A stretch of DNA of 60,297 nt, counting the filler, from a candidate division TA06 bacterium SM23_40 (GTDB lineage: Bacteria; LJUI01; SM1-40): assembly GCA_001303705.1 (NCBI GenBank). It is 7 parts of 7 records of this genome, joined end to end, with 100 filler letters (N's around TTAATTAATTAA, not from the genome) between each part and the next. Parts side by side here need not be neighbours in the genome. Positions count along the whole stretch, not along the records: positions 27,294 to 47,890 come from LJUI01000028.1; positions 47,991 to 54,096 come from LJUI01000149.1; 5 more parts are not named here. One strand, given 5' to 3'. How positions within the stretch are numbered: position 1 is the stretch's first letter; each line of letters opens with the position of its first letter. Made by a program: the position numbers and the translations under genes. Below the pieces are notes generated by a model. It made no database searches. It worked only from the letters and a program-made list of their open reading frames with translations, and had not been told where the DNA came from. Of the stretch, positions 38,970 through 47,991 are shown piece after piece.

Positions 38970-40430
38970 CTAGGGCCCTACCACTATGAACGCGAAGCTG
39001 TCATCATCGTAGAGTGTCGATGGCGGCACCCCGATCCGGGACCCATACCCATACATCCCGAACGGCGCGAGCCCGGGCACTATGTGATTGAGGTGACGCT
39101 GCTCGGTGTGATTCGCCGGCAGGGCATACTGGTCCGGACCCATCACACGGAACGGAGTGCCGTTCGGGAGGGTTGCCTCCGTCAGCACCCAGAACGGCTC
39201 AGGTTGTGCCCAGCGGTTGATTACCGTATACGTCACTCCAAGCACCTCTCCGGGAGAGACCTCCATCGTATCCGGCGTCAGATAGAGCGTCATATAATCG
39301 TCCTGGTCGAAGAAGCGCGCACCCATGTCGCTGCGTGTGCCGTCGGGATCGAGAGAGTCCGGATGCCCTGCGTCGATACACGGTGAACCCCAGAGCAGTC
39401 GATAGTCTCCGCTATTGGGCAGGACAAACATGGGATCGTCATCCAGGTTTCCTTCGCCCCAGTAGAGATTGCAGTTGAGACCCACGTATACCGCAGACGA
39501 GCCGCCCTCGACGTCGCTGAACTCGACGGTGATCGAGCTCGCACTTCCACTGTAATCATCGAGGTATATCTCCAGCCCAGAGATCGCGCTGTCTGCCCAT
39601 AGTACAGAGTTCATTAGGATGGCTGAACAGTAGTAACAGTAGATACCGCCGCCGTACAGACCGCCTGCATTCCTGCTAATCGTATTGCCCATAATCGTCG
39701 CGAGAGACCCGACCCAGCACGAAATCCCCCCGCCGTGCCTGCGGGCCGCGTTCGCAGCGATCGTGTTCGCAGCGATATCCGGCGAACAGTACATCCCACA
39801 ATGGATCCCGCCGCCACCGAAAGCCCCGTTGCCCGTAATGGTGTTGCCCCGGATCGTTGGCGCACATAAATAATTGAGGCAGATCCCGCCGCCCCCACCG
39901 TAGGTCCCCAACACGTTCTCTGCAATTCTGTTCGCCACGATTTGTGGAGATGATTCGTAACAGAAGATGCCGCCTCCGCCCAATTCGGCCCTATTTCCAG
40001 TGATGCTGTTGCCTACGATCGTGGGCGAGGAATTCCAGCAGATGATGGCGCCACCAGAGCCCTGCGAAGATTCTCCGTACGCATACCCGCCTCGTATCGT
40101 GAACCCTTGTACCACAGAGTTCGGGCCCTCTCCATGTGTGAAGTAGAAACCTCGGTGCGGGTCCTCGTGGGTACCCTGACAATCGATAATCGTCACCTCA
40201 GGCCCGTTCTCCGACATAACAACAATCGCCTTGCCCAAGAAGTCGATGTCCCGGTTTCCCGTACCAGTGTAGGTACCGTCGGCTACGAGCACCGTGTCAC
40301 CCTCACCTGCGGCGTCGATCCCCGCCTGGATGGTCGGATACTGGCCCGGGACGTGCAGAACCGTCGCCGAGGCCACCGCGCACAGCCAGAGGATGAGGCT
40401 CGGGCCGAGCAGACCCATCAACCGGTTCAT
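38970..40430 (-). CDS. Beta-helix array gene 5, intact (type-A)
   Basis: MNRLMGLLG signal, AAAGGA-like RBS region, GGGIxC repeats, LYLTPDT...INRWAQPEPFW domain. Confidence 0.88.
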   Translation of the reverse strand: MNRLMGLLGPSLILWLCAVASATVLHVPGQYPTIQAGIDAAGEGDTVLVADGTYTGTGNRDIDFLGKAIVVMSENGPEVTIIDCQGTHEDPHRGFYFTHGEGPNSVVQGFTIRGGYAYGESSQGSGGAIICWNSSPTIVGNSITGNRAELGGGGIFCYESSPQIVANRIAENVLGTYGGGGGICLNYLCAPTIRGNTITGNGAFGGGGIHCGMYCSPDIAANTIAANAARRHGGGISCWVGSLATIMGNTISRNAGGLYGGGIYCYYCSAILMNSVLWADSAISGLEIYLDDYSGSASSITVEFSDVEGGSSAVYVGLNCNLYWGEGNLDDDPMFVLPNSGDYRLLWGSPCIDAGHPDSLDPDGTRSDMGARFFDQDDYMTLYLTPDTMEVSPGEVLGVTYTVINRWAQPEPFWVLTEATLPNGTPFRVMGPDQYALPANHTEQRHLNHIVPGLAPFGMYGYGSRIGVPPSTLYDDDSFAFIVVGP

Positions 40431-40466
40431 GGTATTCCTCTCATTCAAAAGACAGCCGCTAACACT

Positions 40467-40481
40467 ATGCTGTCACAGCAT
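40467..40481. promoter_or_regulatory. Intergenic palindrome ATGCTGT-C-ACAGCAT
   Basis: Same position relative to the start codon as 38937-38951; paired A>G/T>C substitution keeps the symmetry. Confidence 0.5.
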
Positions 40482-40499
40482 TCCGCCGGAACAGCCCTG

Positions 40500-42053
40500 C
40501 TAGGGCCCTACCACTATGAATGCGAAGCTGTCCTCATCATAGAGTGTCGATGGCGGCACCCCGATCCGGGACCCATACCCATACAGACCGAGAGGCGCAG
40601 CCCCAGGCACTATGTGATTCAGGTGACGCTGCTCGGTGTGATTCGCCGGCAGCGCATAGTGAGCCGGACCCATCACAGGGAACGGATTGCCATTCGGGAG
40701 GGTTGCCTCGGTGAGCACCCAGAACGGCTCAGGTTGTGCCCAGCGGTTAATGGCAGTGTAGGTGACTCCAAGGACACCTCCCCGCGTGACCTCTAGCGTA
40801 TCTGGTGTAAGGTAGAGTGTCAGGTAGTCGTCCTGGTCGAAGAAGTGCGCACCCATGTCGCTGCGTGTGCCGTCGGGATCTGTGTAGTCGGGATCTCCCG
40901 AATCGACGCACGGTGATCCCCAGAGAAGGCGGTAGTCGTTCTTATCGGCCAGCAGGAACAGGGGATCTGCTTCGATATTCCCCGCCCCTTGCCAGCCGCC
41001 CTCCACGTCACAGTAGGTCACATCGATCGAACTCGTCTCGTCCACGTAGATCTCCTGATCGGTGGCGGCGCTGTCGGCCCAGAGCACCGTATTGAAGACG
41101 ATCGGCGAACAGGCCCAATAGCAGCAGATCCCCCCGCCGAGGGCCGCCCTGTTGGCCGTAACGGTATTCGCCTTGATGACCGGCATCGCGTGATAGTAGC
41201 AATAGATGCCGCCGCCCTCGTCGGCTGTATTCTCGACAATGGTGTTCCTCTCGGCTATTGGTGACGAGTCAGAGCAGTACATCCCCCCACCGGTGAACGC
41301 CGCAGTATTGCCCGAGATCGTGTTCAACCTGATCACACCCGAACAGGTGTAGTCATAGAAGACCCCGCCGCCATAGAAGTCAGCCGTATTCCCGGTGATC
41401 GTATTCCCCTCGATAGTCGGCGCCGAGAGGTGGTACACACAGAGCCCTCCGCCGCTGTGATGTGCTGTGTTCGCAGTGATGGTGTTTCCTTGGATCGTCG
41501 GCCAGGAGTCGATACAGCAGATCCCGCTGCCACTGTACGTCGATGTGTTCCCGGCGACTATGTTCGCCCTGATGATCGCTGCCGAGGCACCATCACAGAA
41601 GATGCCCCCTCCATTGTAGGCTGCTGAGTTACCGGTGATGATATTCCCCTCAATGCTCGGTGATGACCCGAGACAGTAGATGCCGCCCCCATCGTACACC
41701 TCTATGTGTCCATTCGTGATCGTCAACCCCTGCACCACTGAGCTCGCGTCCTCGCCGCTGTGGAAGACGAAGCCACGGTGTGGGTCTGCGGCGCTCCCCT
41801 CACAGTCGATGATCGTCACCTCCGGACCGTTCTCCGACATCACGACCATGTTGACGCCACCGAAGTCGAGGTCCCGGTTTCCATCACCGCTGTAGGTGCC
41901 GTCGGCAACCAGGACCGTATCGTTGTCCACTGCGGCGTTGATACCCGCCTGAATGGTCGGATACTCGCCCGGGACGCGGAGAACTGTCGCCCAAACAGAC
42001 AAGGCATATCCCAGAACGAGGCTTCCGCACAGCAATAGTATCATCCTCCTCAT
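40500..42053 (-). CDS. Beta-helix array gene 4, intact (type-A)
   Basis: GGAGGAGG RBS, MRRMILLLCG signal, same architecture as neighbours. Confidence 0.88.
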   Translation of the reverse strand: MRRMILLLCGSLVLGYALSVWATVLRVPGEYPTIQAGINAAVDNDTVLVADGTYSGDGNRDLDFGGVNMVVMSENGPEVTIIDCEGSAADPHRGFVFHSGEDASSVVQGLTITNGHIEVYDGGGIYCLGSSPSIEGNIITGNSAAYNGGGIFCDGASAAIIRANIVAGNTSTYSGSGICCIDSWPTIQGNTITANTAHHSGGGLCVYHLSAPTIEGNTITGNTADFYGGGVFYDYTCSGVIRLNTISGNTAAFTGGGMYCSDSSPIAERNTIVENTADEGGGIYCYYHAMPVIKANTVTANRAALGGGICCYWACSPIVFNTVLWADSAATDQEIYVDETSSIDVTYCDVEGGWQGAGNIEADPLFLLADKNDYRLLWGSPCVDSGDPDYTDPDGTRSDMGAHFFDQDDYLTLYLTPDTLEVTRGGVLGVTYTAINRWAQPEPFWVLTEATLPNGNPFPVMGPAHYALPANHTEQRHLNHIVPGAAPLGLYGYGSRIGVPPSTLYDEDSFAFIVVGP

Positions 42054-42119
42054 CGTCCCTCCTCCCCCTGTCATAGTCTTCTCTGACCGCGAAAAGGAGA
42101 ACACATCGAAGCACCTTCC

Positions 42120-43592
42120 CTACTCAAACGGCGGCGGCACGATCGCGAACTCAAAGCAACCCTCGGCCCAGATCGACCCGGGATGGGCCCCAGTCCGAAC
42201 GCACAATCTGTAGGGGCTCCCATACGGCGCAACCTCCGGTATGTGCACGCGCTGCCGCACACCATACACACCGTAGTTGCTACCGACCACAAACTCGACA
42301 GGCCCGATGACTGGATTGCCCGCATAAGGGTTGCCGCTCAGAAGGTATCCATCGGCCCAGGCCTCAAAGATCAGAGTGCTATCTGTGAAGTTGATAAGAT
42401 CGACGGCGAACCGCAGGTCCTGTCCGGGGGGGATGTGAGTGGTGTCTGGTATCACCTGGACCGCCAGAAAGCTTGCATAGTGGAATCCCATATCCGTGCG
42501 CCAGACATCCCAGACGCCGTCCGTTCTCGTTGTCCCTCTGGGAATGACCGATTCCGGATTCCCGGTGTCGACACACGGGCTCTCTTCCGGCTGACCAGCG
42601 ACTGTCTGGCTCAGGTACCAGTCCCAGAGCGGACCGGAGACAAATAGCGGATTGGCATCGATGTTGCCTTCGCCTGGCCATCCCCCCTGTACATCGGAAT
42701 ACGTCACTGTGACATCGCTGTATATCCCCAGTGCGATCTCCGAGGGGACATCTGCCCACAGGATGCAGTTGGCGATCGTGGGGGTGGAGGAGGCCGTGAA
42801 AAAGGCGCCGCCGCCATCCTCGATGACGGTATTACGCGTAATCGTATTACCCACTATCTCCGGAGACGACATGAAGCAGAATAGACCCCCGCCGTACTCA
42901 GCCGTGTTGTTCGCAATCAGGTTGTCGACGATAGTCGGAGAAGAAGAGGAGCAATAGATGCCCCCTCCATACACATCAACCGCATTTGCCACAATGACAT
43001 TTCCTTCGATGGTCGCGGAGCAGTCGAGTCGGCAGAAGATCGCACCGCCTCGATTAGCGGTATTCTGGGCAATAGTGTTATGCTTGATGCTCGGCGATAC
43101 GCTACCCCTGCAATAGATGCCTCCGCCTAGACCTTCCTCACCGACTGCCGCATTCTCCACCATTCTGTTGCGTTCGATTGTTGGCGCCGCGTGATCACAG
43201 AAGACCGCACCACCTCCGAAGTCCTCTGGCGGGGGCCTGTAGGCATACCCGTTCGTTATCGTGAATCCTCGCAGGACGGAGCTAGATCCCTCCGCGCTGT
43301 GGAAATGGAATCCGCGGTGAGGATCGAGCTGGCTTGCCTGGCAATCGATGATGACGGCTTCCGGCCCGTTCTCGGACGTCACCAGGATCGCTTTACCATT
43401 GAAGTCAACGTCGCGGTTCCCCTCACCGGTGTATGTGCCGTCCGCCACGAGCACCGTATCTCCGTCCACAGCGGAATAAATCCCGGCCTGAATCGTCGGA
43501 TACTCGCTCGGCACGCGTAGAACTGCCGCCAACGCGTTCTCCTGCAGCACGAGCATCTGAACCGCACACAACATCACGACCAGTCTTCTCAT
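42120..43592 (-). CDS. Beta-helix array gene 3, intact (type-C C-terminal domain)
   Basis: MRRLVVMLC signal; WYLSQTVAGQ...GTTRTD...DMGFHY linker; IPDT...NFTDSTL...APYG domain. Confidence 0.86.
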   Translation of the reverse strand: MRRLVVMLCAVQMLVLQENALAAVLRVPSEYPTIQAGIYSAVDGDTVLVADGTYTGEGNRDVDFNGKAILVTSENGPEAVIIDCQASQLDPHRGFHFHSAEGSSSVLRGFTITNGYAYRPPPEDFGGGAVFCDHAAPTIERNRMVENAAVGEEGLGGGIYCRGSVSPSIKHNTIAQNTANRGGAIFCRLDCSATIEGNVIVANAVDVYGGGIYCSSSSPTIVDNLIANNTAEYGGGLFCFMSSPEIVGNTITRNTVIEDGGGAFFTASSTPTIANCILWADVPSEIALGIYSDVTVTYSDVQGGWPGEGNIDANPLFVSGPLWDWYLSQTVAGQPEESPCVDTGNPESVIPRGTTRTDGVWDVWRTDMGFHYASFLAVQVIPDTTHIPPGQDLRFAVDLINFTDSTLIFEAWADGYLLSGNPYAGNPVIGPVEFVVGSNYGVYGVRQRVHIPEVAPYGSPYRLCVRTGAHPGSIWAEGCFEFAIVPPPFE

Positions 43593-43746
43593 CGTCTCGT
43601 TCTGCTTGTTACGCCCTTGTTCCGCCCGATCGGGGTGTACTACCACTGTGCAGGTGCGTACGCCAGGACGCAAAGCACAAGTGCTCCATTACGAGTAGGG
43701 ACGACATAATGCTTTGGAACCCGGATCCGAGAGCCCCGCCCATTGC

Positions 43747-45747
43747 CTATTCTCGAGACGGCGGGAGGATGTCGAAGACGAAACAGGCCTCCGCCGAGAC
43801 TGAGTCGGCATGGACCCCGGCCCGAACGCACAGTGCGTAGGGCCCCCCGTAAGGCGCCTGTACCGGTATACGCACCGACCGCCGCACACCGTTGAAGCCG
43901 CAACCACCGCCCAAGCTGAGTTCCACAACACCCAGCACGGGATTAGCTGCGTACGGATTGCTGGTGGGCAGATAGGCGTCAGCCCAGGCGTCGAATGTCA
44001 GTGTGCTATCTGTCACGTTCACCATGTCGACAGTGAACCACAGTTCCTCGCCGCGATGCACCTGGTGTGTATCGGGAATCGCGCGAATGGATAGCACACT
44101 CGGGTAATGGTAGCCCATATCCACAGGCCAGAAGTCCCATCTATGATCGGTCCTCGTAGTTCCCTGCGGCAGAGCCGAAGTGGGATCTCCTGTATCGACG
44201 CAAGGGCTTTGCTGTGACTGTCCCGCGGCGATCTGGCTCAGAAAGTAGTCGCTCCCAAAGCCCACCACGAAGAGAGGGTCCGCGTCGATATTTCCTTCAC
44301 CAGGCCAGCCTCCCTGCACATCAGAGTAGGTCACTGCAACCGAGCCGCCGTACCCTACTTCGATTTCCGAAGGACTGTCTGCCCATACGATTGAATTGGC
44401 CAGCGTCACGGACGAGCCACTACCGGCGCAGTAGATCGCCCCACCCTCCTCAGCTGCATTCCCGGTCAGGGTGGTGTACCTTACAAGCGCAGAGGACCCG
44501 CTGTAGCAGCAGATCCCACCGCCCCGGTACGCCCCCACGTTCAGAGCCACAGTGTTGTCGTCGAGTATTACCGAAGAGGAGAGCTCGCAGTACATCCCTC
44601 CACCACGATCCCCGGCATGGTTCTCGATTATCGTGTTCCAGATAACGGTCGGGGAAGCGTAAGAACGGCACATGATCCCACCGCCACAATTGTAGGCTAC
44701 GTTCTCCGCAATCGCATTATGGGACACAGTCGGATAGGAGTATTCACGACATTCGATTGCAGCTCCCCAGGAGGCAGCGTTTCCCGTCATCGTGTTGCCG
44801 TGAATAAGCGGAGAAGAATGGTCATGGCAATCGATACCAGCCCCGCGATAGCCGTTATTCCCGACGATGGTGTTGCGCTCAATGGTCGGCGACGAGCTTA
44901 TGCAGCAAATCCCCGCGCCGCTACTGTCCGCCCAATTGCTCGTGATTGCATTAGCCATGATCGGTGCTGAAGACTGCATAGTGCAGTAGATCCCGCCGCC
45001 GTTGCCGGCCGAGTTATCCGAGATCGTGTTCCCTTCGATCGTCGGGGAAGATTCCGAGCAGTGCACGCCGCCGCCATCTCCGCTGGCCGTATTCGCTGTG
45101 ATGGCGTTCTGCTGAATGAGGGGAGAAGAGTGGTTACAGCTGTAGATCCCTCCACCGTGGTTCAAGTGTGCTATGTTCCAGGTAATCGTGTTGTTTCTGA
45201 TCGTTGGAGAGCCGTCGTCGCAGTACACTCCCCCACCCCAGCCCGCCCCATTCGCTACAATCATGTTGCCATTGATGACGGGAGACGCCTCGTTACAGCA
45301 ATAGACCGCTCCGCCGCGAGTAGCCGTATTCCCCGTAAACGTGTTGCCGACAATAGTCGGCGAAGCCTGATCACAGCGAACGGCGCCTCCCTCGGGAACC
45401 CATCCATTAATGATCTGGAACCCGTGGAGCACGGAGGCTGAGGTCTCCCCACTACGAAAGTGGAACCCGCGATGCCAATCCGAGCCACTACCCTGGCAGT
45501 CGATGGCGGTCGCCTGTGGCCCGTTTTGCGAGGTCACGATAATAGACTTGCCGAGAAAGTCGATATCCCTGTTTCCCTCGCCGGTGTAGATCCCGTCAGC
45601 CACCAACACGGTGTCCCCGGTGCCTGCCGCATAGATTCCGGCCTGAACGGTTGGATATTCACTCGGTACACGTAGAATGGTGGCCGACACACTGAAACAG
45701 AGCCGAAGGGTCATGCATGTACCCACCAGTATCACGGCTCTCTTCAC
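43747..45747 (-). CDS. Beta-helix array gene 2, intact, longest repeat core (type-C)
   Basis: GTG 45747 overlapping the upstream stop (GTGA); ~13 GGxIxC repeats; YFLSQIAAGQ...GTTRTD linker. Confidence 0.86.
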   Translation of the reverse strand: MKRAVILVGTCMTLRLCFSVSATILRVPSEYPTVQAGIYAAGTGDTVLVADGIYTGEGNRDIDFLGKSIIVTSQNGPQATAIDCQGSGSDWHRGFHFRSGETSASVLHGFQIINGWVPEGGAVRCDQASPTIVGNTFTGNTATRGGAVYCCNEASPVINGNMIVANGAGWGGGVYCDDGSPTIRNNTITWNIAHLNHGGGIYSCNHSSPLIQQNAITANTASGDGGGVHCSESSPTIEGNTISDNSAGNGGGIYCTMQSSAPIMANAITSNWADSSGAGICCISSSPTIERNTIVGNNGYRGAGIDCHDHSSPLIHGNTMTGNAASWGAAIECREYSYPTVSHNAIAENVAYNCGGGIMCRSYASPTVIWNTIIENHAGDRGGGMYCELSSSVILDDNTVALNVGAYRGGGICCYSGSSALVRYTTLTGNAAEEGGAIYCAGSGSSVTLANSIVWADSPSEIEVGYGGSVAVTYSDVQGGWPGEGNIDADPLFVVGFGSDYFLSQIAAGQSQQSPCVDTGDPTSALPQGTTRTDHRWDFWPVDMGYHYPSVLSIRAIPDTHQVHRGEELWFTVDMVNVTDSTLTFDAWADAYLPTSNPYAANPVLGVVELSLGGGCGFNGVRRSVRIPVQAPYGGPYALCVRAGVHADSVSAEACFVFDILPPSRE

Positions 45748-47624
45748 TCTCGTCTCCCTTCGACGCGAAACCTCGAGGGCTCGTCCCACGAGCCTCTGTG
45801 CTCAACCTGAACTCCTCGCCGGGATGTTGGTGTGACGATACAGGTGAACTCGTCCTGGTCGTACACTATTGGTGGCACCCCTATGCCGGACCGATACCTG
45901 TAGGTGCCCAGAGGGGCCCCCAGTGGCACGTAATGACGAATGTGACACAGCGAGATCGTATTACCAGGCAATACGTGTTGGATCGGCCCGCCCACACTCA
46001 GGGTATCCCCGTTGGGCAGGATCGCCTGTGAAGCCAACCAGAACGACTCCGGGTGCGCCCACCGATTTATTACGGTATACGTGATACCGAGGAAGGTACC
46101 ACGGGCAACTGCTCTGCGGTGTCGCGTCAAGTACAATGTAAGGTAGTCGGTCTGGTCAAAGAAGTGACCTCCTATGTCGCTTCGCGTCATGTCTGGATCG
46201 AGCGAGTCCGGGTGCCCTGAGTCGATGCACGGTGAGTGCCACAGGAGGCGGTAGTCCCCCTTCGCGGTAAGCACGAACATCGGGTCATAGTCTCTATTCC
46301 CCTCTCCCCACATCACGGTGCAGCCTGGGGCAACGTATGTCGAAAAGACACGATTCTCCGTGTTGCAGTAGCTGATGCTCGTTGAACTCTGCTCCCGTAG
46401 GCAGAGTTCCTTGCCCAGACATCCGCTGTCGCCGCGAAGGATGCTGTTCATGATAGTCAACGAAGTAGACCAGCAGTAGATACCCCCGCCCTCCCCGCTG
46501 GCGAGGTTCTTTGTAATCGTATTGCTGTACAGACTCCCAGAGGCGCCTCGGAAGCCGATTCCACCACCTGTCCCGTAAGAGCTGTTCCCGGTGATCGTGT
46601 TACCGCGGATAGTCGCGGAGGAACTGCGACAACGAATCCCACCGCCGTCCTCCGTAGCACTGTTACCCGAGATGGTATTGTACAGAATAGTCGAGGAAGA
46701 ACTCTGAGAACAGACAATCCCACCGCCACTCCCGTTGTAGACCATGTTTCGTATGATCGTGTTATCCGTCACCGTCGCCGACGATACTTCACAACAGATC
46801 CCGCCGCCACGCTTATCTGCACCATTCTCGAGTATGGTATTTCCGGCGATGACCGCAGAGCCGTACCAGCAGTGGATCCCGCCGCCATAGTCGGCCACAT
46901 TCCATTGGACGAAGTTATCCTGGATCACCGCGGAAGACTGATAGATGCAAATCGCGCCACCATGGCCGCCATAAGGCCCAGGGGCTGCATTGCCACTGAA
47001 CGTGTTCCCAGCGATGACAGGGCACGACTGCAATTCGGAGAAGAGACCGCCGCCGTCGTAGGCGCTGTTCTCCGTTAGTGTGTTGCCAACAACAGCGGGA
47101 GATGAGTGATTGCAGTATATCGCCCCCCCGTAATTGGCGACATTACAGGTGATCACGTTATCAGCGATTCTGGCAGAACAATTCCACTCGCAAGCGATTC
47201 CGCCTCCGTTGTCGCCGGCGTTGTCGCGGATGATGTTATCCATGATCGTCGGCGAGGAGCCCCAGCAATAGATCCCCGTGTCATGAGCATTGGTGATAGT
47301 GAAGCCACGCACCACGGAGCTTGAGTCCTCGCCGCTGTGGAAGTAGAGCCCCCGGCAGGCGATGTCTCTACAGTCGATTACTGTGGCCTCCGGACCGCTC
47401 TCGGACATGAGAACGATTGCCTTCCCACCGAAATCGATATCGTAGTTCCCGGGACCGAAGTACGTGCCGCTCGCCACCAGTACCGTGTCTCCTTCCATCG
47501 CGGCATTGACTCCCGCCTGGATGGTTGGATAAACCTGCGGCACACGGATGACTGTTGCAGGAGCGGCGGAAACGAGGCAGGCCGCGGCAACACCTATCGC
47601 CGCGCCTAGTCTGATGCCGTTCAT
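45744..47624 (-). CDS. Beta-helix array gene 1, intact, promoter-proximal (type-A)
   Basis: MNGIRLGAAIG signal, GGGAG RBS, VIRVPQVYPTIQAG, GGGIxC repeats, INRWAHPESFW domain. Confidence 0.88.
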   Translation of the reverse strand: MNGIRLGAAIGVAAACLVSAAPATVIRVPQVYPTIQAGVNAAMEGDTVLVASGTYFGPGNYDIDFGGKAIVLMSESGPEATVIDCRDIACRGLYFHSGEDSSSVVRGFTITNAHDTGIYCWGSSPTIMDNIIRDNAGDNGGGIACEWNCSARIADNVITCNVANYGGAIYCNHSSPAVVGNTLTENSAYDGGGLFSELQSCPVIAGNTFSGNAAPGPYGGHGGAICIYQSSAVIQDNFVQWNVADYGGGIHCWYGSAVIAGNTILENGADKRGGGICCEVSSATVTDNTIIRNMVYNGSGGGIVCSQSSSSTILYNTISGNSATEDGGGIRCRSSSATIRGNTITGNSSYGTGGGIGFRGASGSLYSNTITKNLASGEGGGIYCWSTSLTIMNSILRGDSGCLGKELCLREQSSTSISYCNTENRVFSTYVAPGCTVMWGEGNRDYDPMFVLTAKGDYRLLWHSPCIDSGHPDSLDPDMTRSDIGGHFFDQTDYLTLYLTRHRRAVARGTFLGITYTVINRWAHPESFWLASQAILPNGDTLSVGGPIQHVLPGNTISLCHIRHYVPLGAPLGTYRYRSGIGVPPIVYDQDEFTCIVTPTSRRGVQVEHRGSWDEPSRFRVEGRRE

Positions 47625-47664
47625 CTCGCTGACTCCCTTCCGGGTCCCGGAGGCTTCCCCGAAA

Positions 47665-47702
47665 TAGCAAAAGAGCGACCCCTGACGCTCGGTGTCGCTC
47701 CC
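47665..47702 (-). terminator. Terminator-like hairpin inside the 5' leader of the array (attenuator)
   Basis: GAGCGAC-14 nt-GTCGCTC followed by TTTTGCTATTT on minus, ~45 nt before ATG 47624. Confidence 0.6.
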
Positions 47703-47806
47703 GAAGAGCCTACTTAAGCGGTTTCATCCCACGCCTATTCCCGAGGCCACCGGGCGTTGTCTGCCGGTCACTGCCGGCAGACATCTCGGGAATCTCGTAT
47801 CTATCT
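47703..47806 (-). ncRNA. Candidate structured cis-regulatory leader RNA (family not recognised)
   Basis: 9-bp outer stem ATTCCCGAG/CTCGGGAAT, 10-bp inner hairpin TGTCTGCCGG/CCGGCAGACA, crossing ACGCC/GGCGT pairing; lies between promoter and terminator. Confidence 0.5.
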
Positions 47807-47812
47807 CGTGTG

Positions 47813-47841
47813 ATTATACACCCTTTCGGCAGGCTGGTCAA
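47813..47841 (-). promoter_or_regulatory. Sigma70 promoter of the beta-helix array
   Basis: TTGACC-17 bp-TATAAT on the minus strand. Confidence 0.75.
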
Positions 47842-47890
47842 GGCAAATCCACAGCACTGCCCCCACCTCACCCGGATAGGCGCCCAAACC

Positions 47891-47990
47891 NNNNNNNNNN
47901 NNNNNNNNNNNNNNNNNNNNNNNNNNNNNNNNNNTTAATTAATTAANNNNNNNNNNNNNNNNNNNNNNNNNNNNNNNNNNNNNNNNNNNN
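47891..47990. other. Artificial contig linker
   Basis: N44-TTAATTAATTAA-N44. Confidence 0.98.
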
Positions 47991-47991
47991 G

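Noticed and set aside
38970-40940. Diversity-generating retroelement (TR/VR pair) in the near-identical C-terminal regions
   Set aside because: Mismatches I inspected are not adenine-specific, both copies are coding, and no reverse transcriptase is present in the window.
27294-47624. Integron (IntI plus attC cassettes)
   Set aside because: The visible recombinase part is Xer-like, co-oriented and downstream; intergenic gaps lack attC-type RYYYAAC...GTTRRRY structures and two genes overlap. The IntI-specific region lies beyond the contig end and cannot be inspected.
27920-47624. Autotransporter (type V) Pmp assignment
   Set aside because: The C-terminal domains are ~120 aa and Pro/Cys-containing, too short for a 12-strand translocator barrel.
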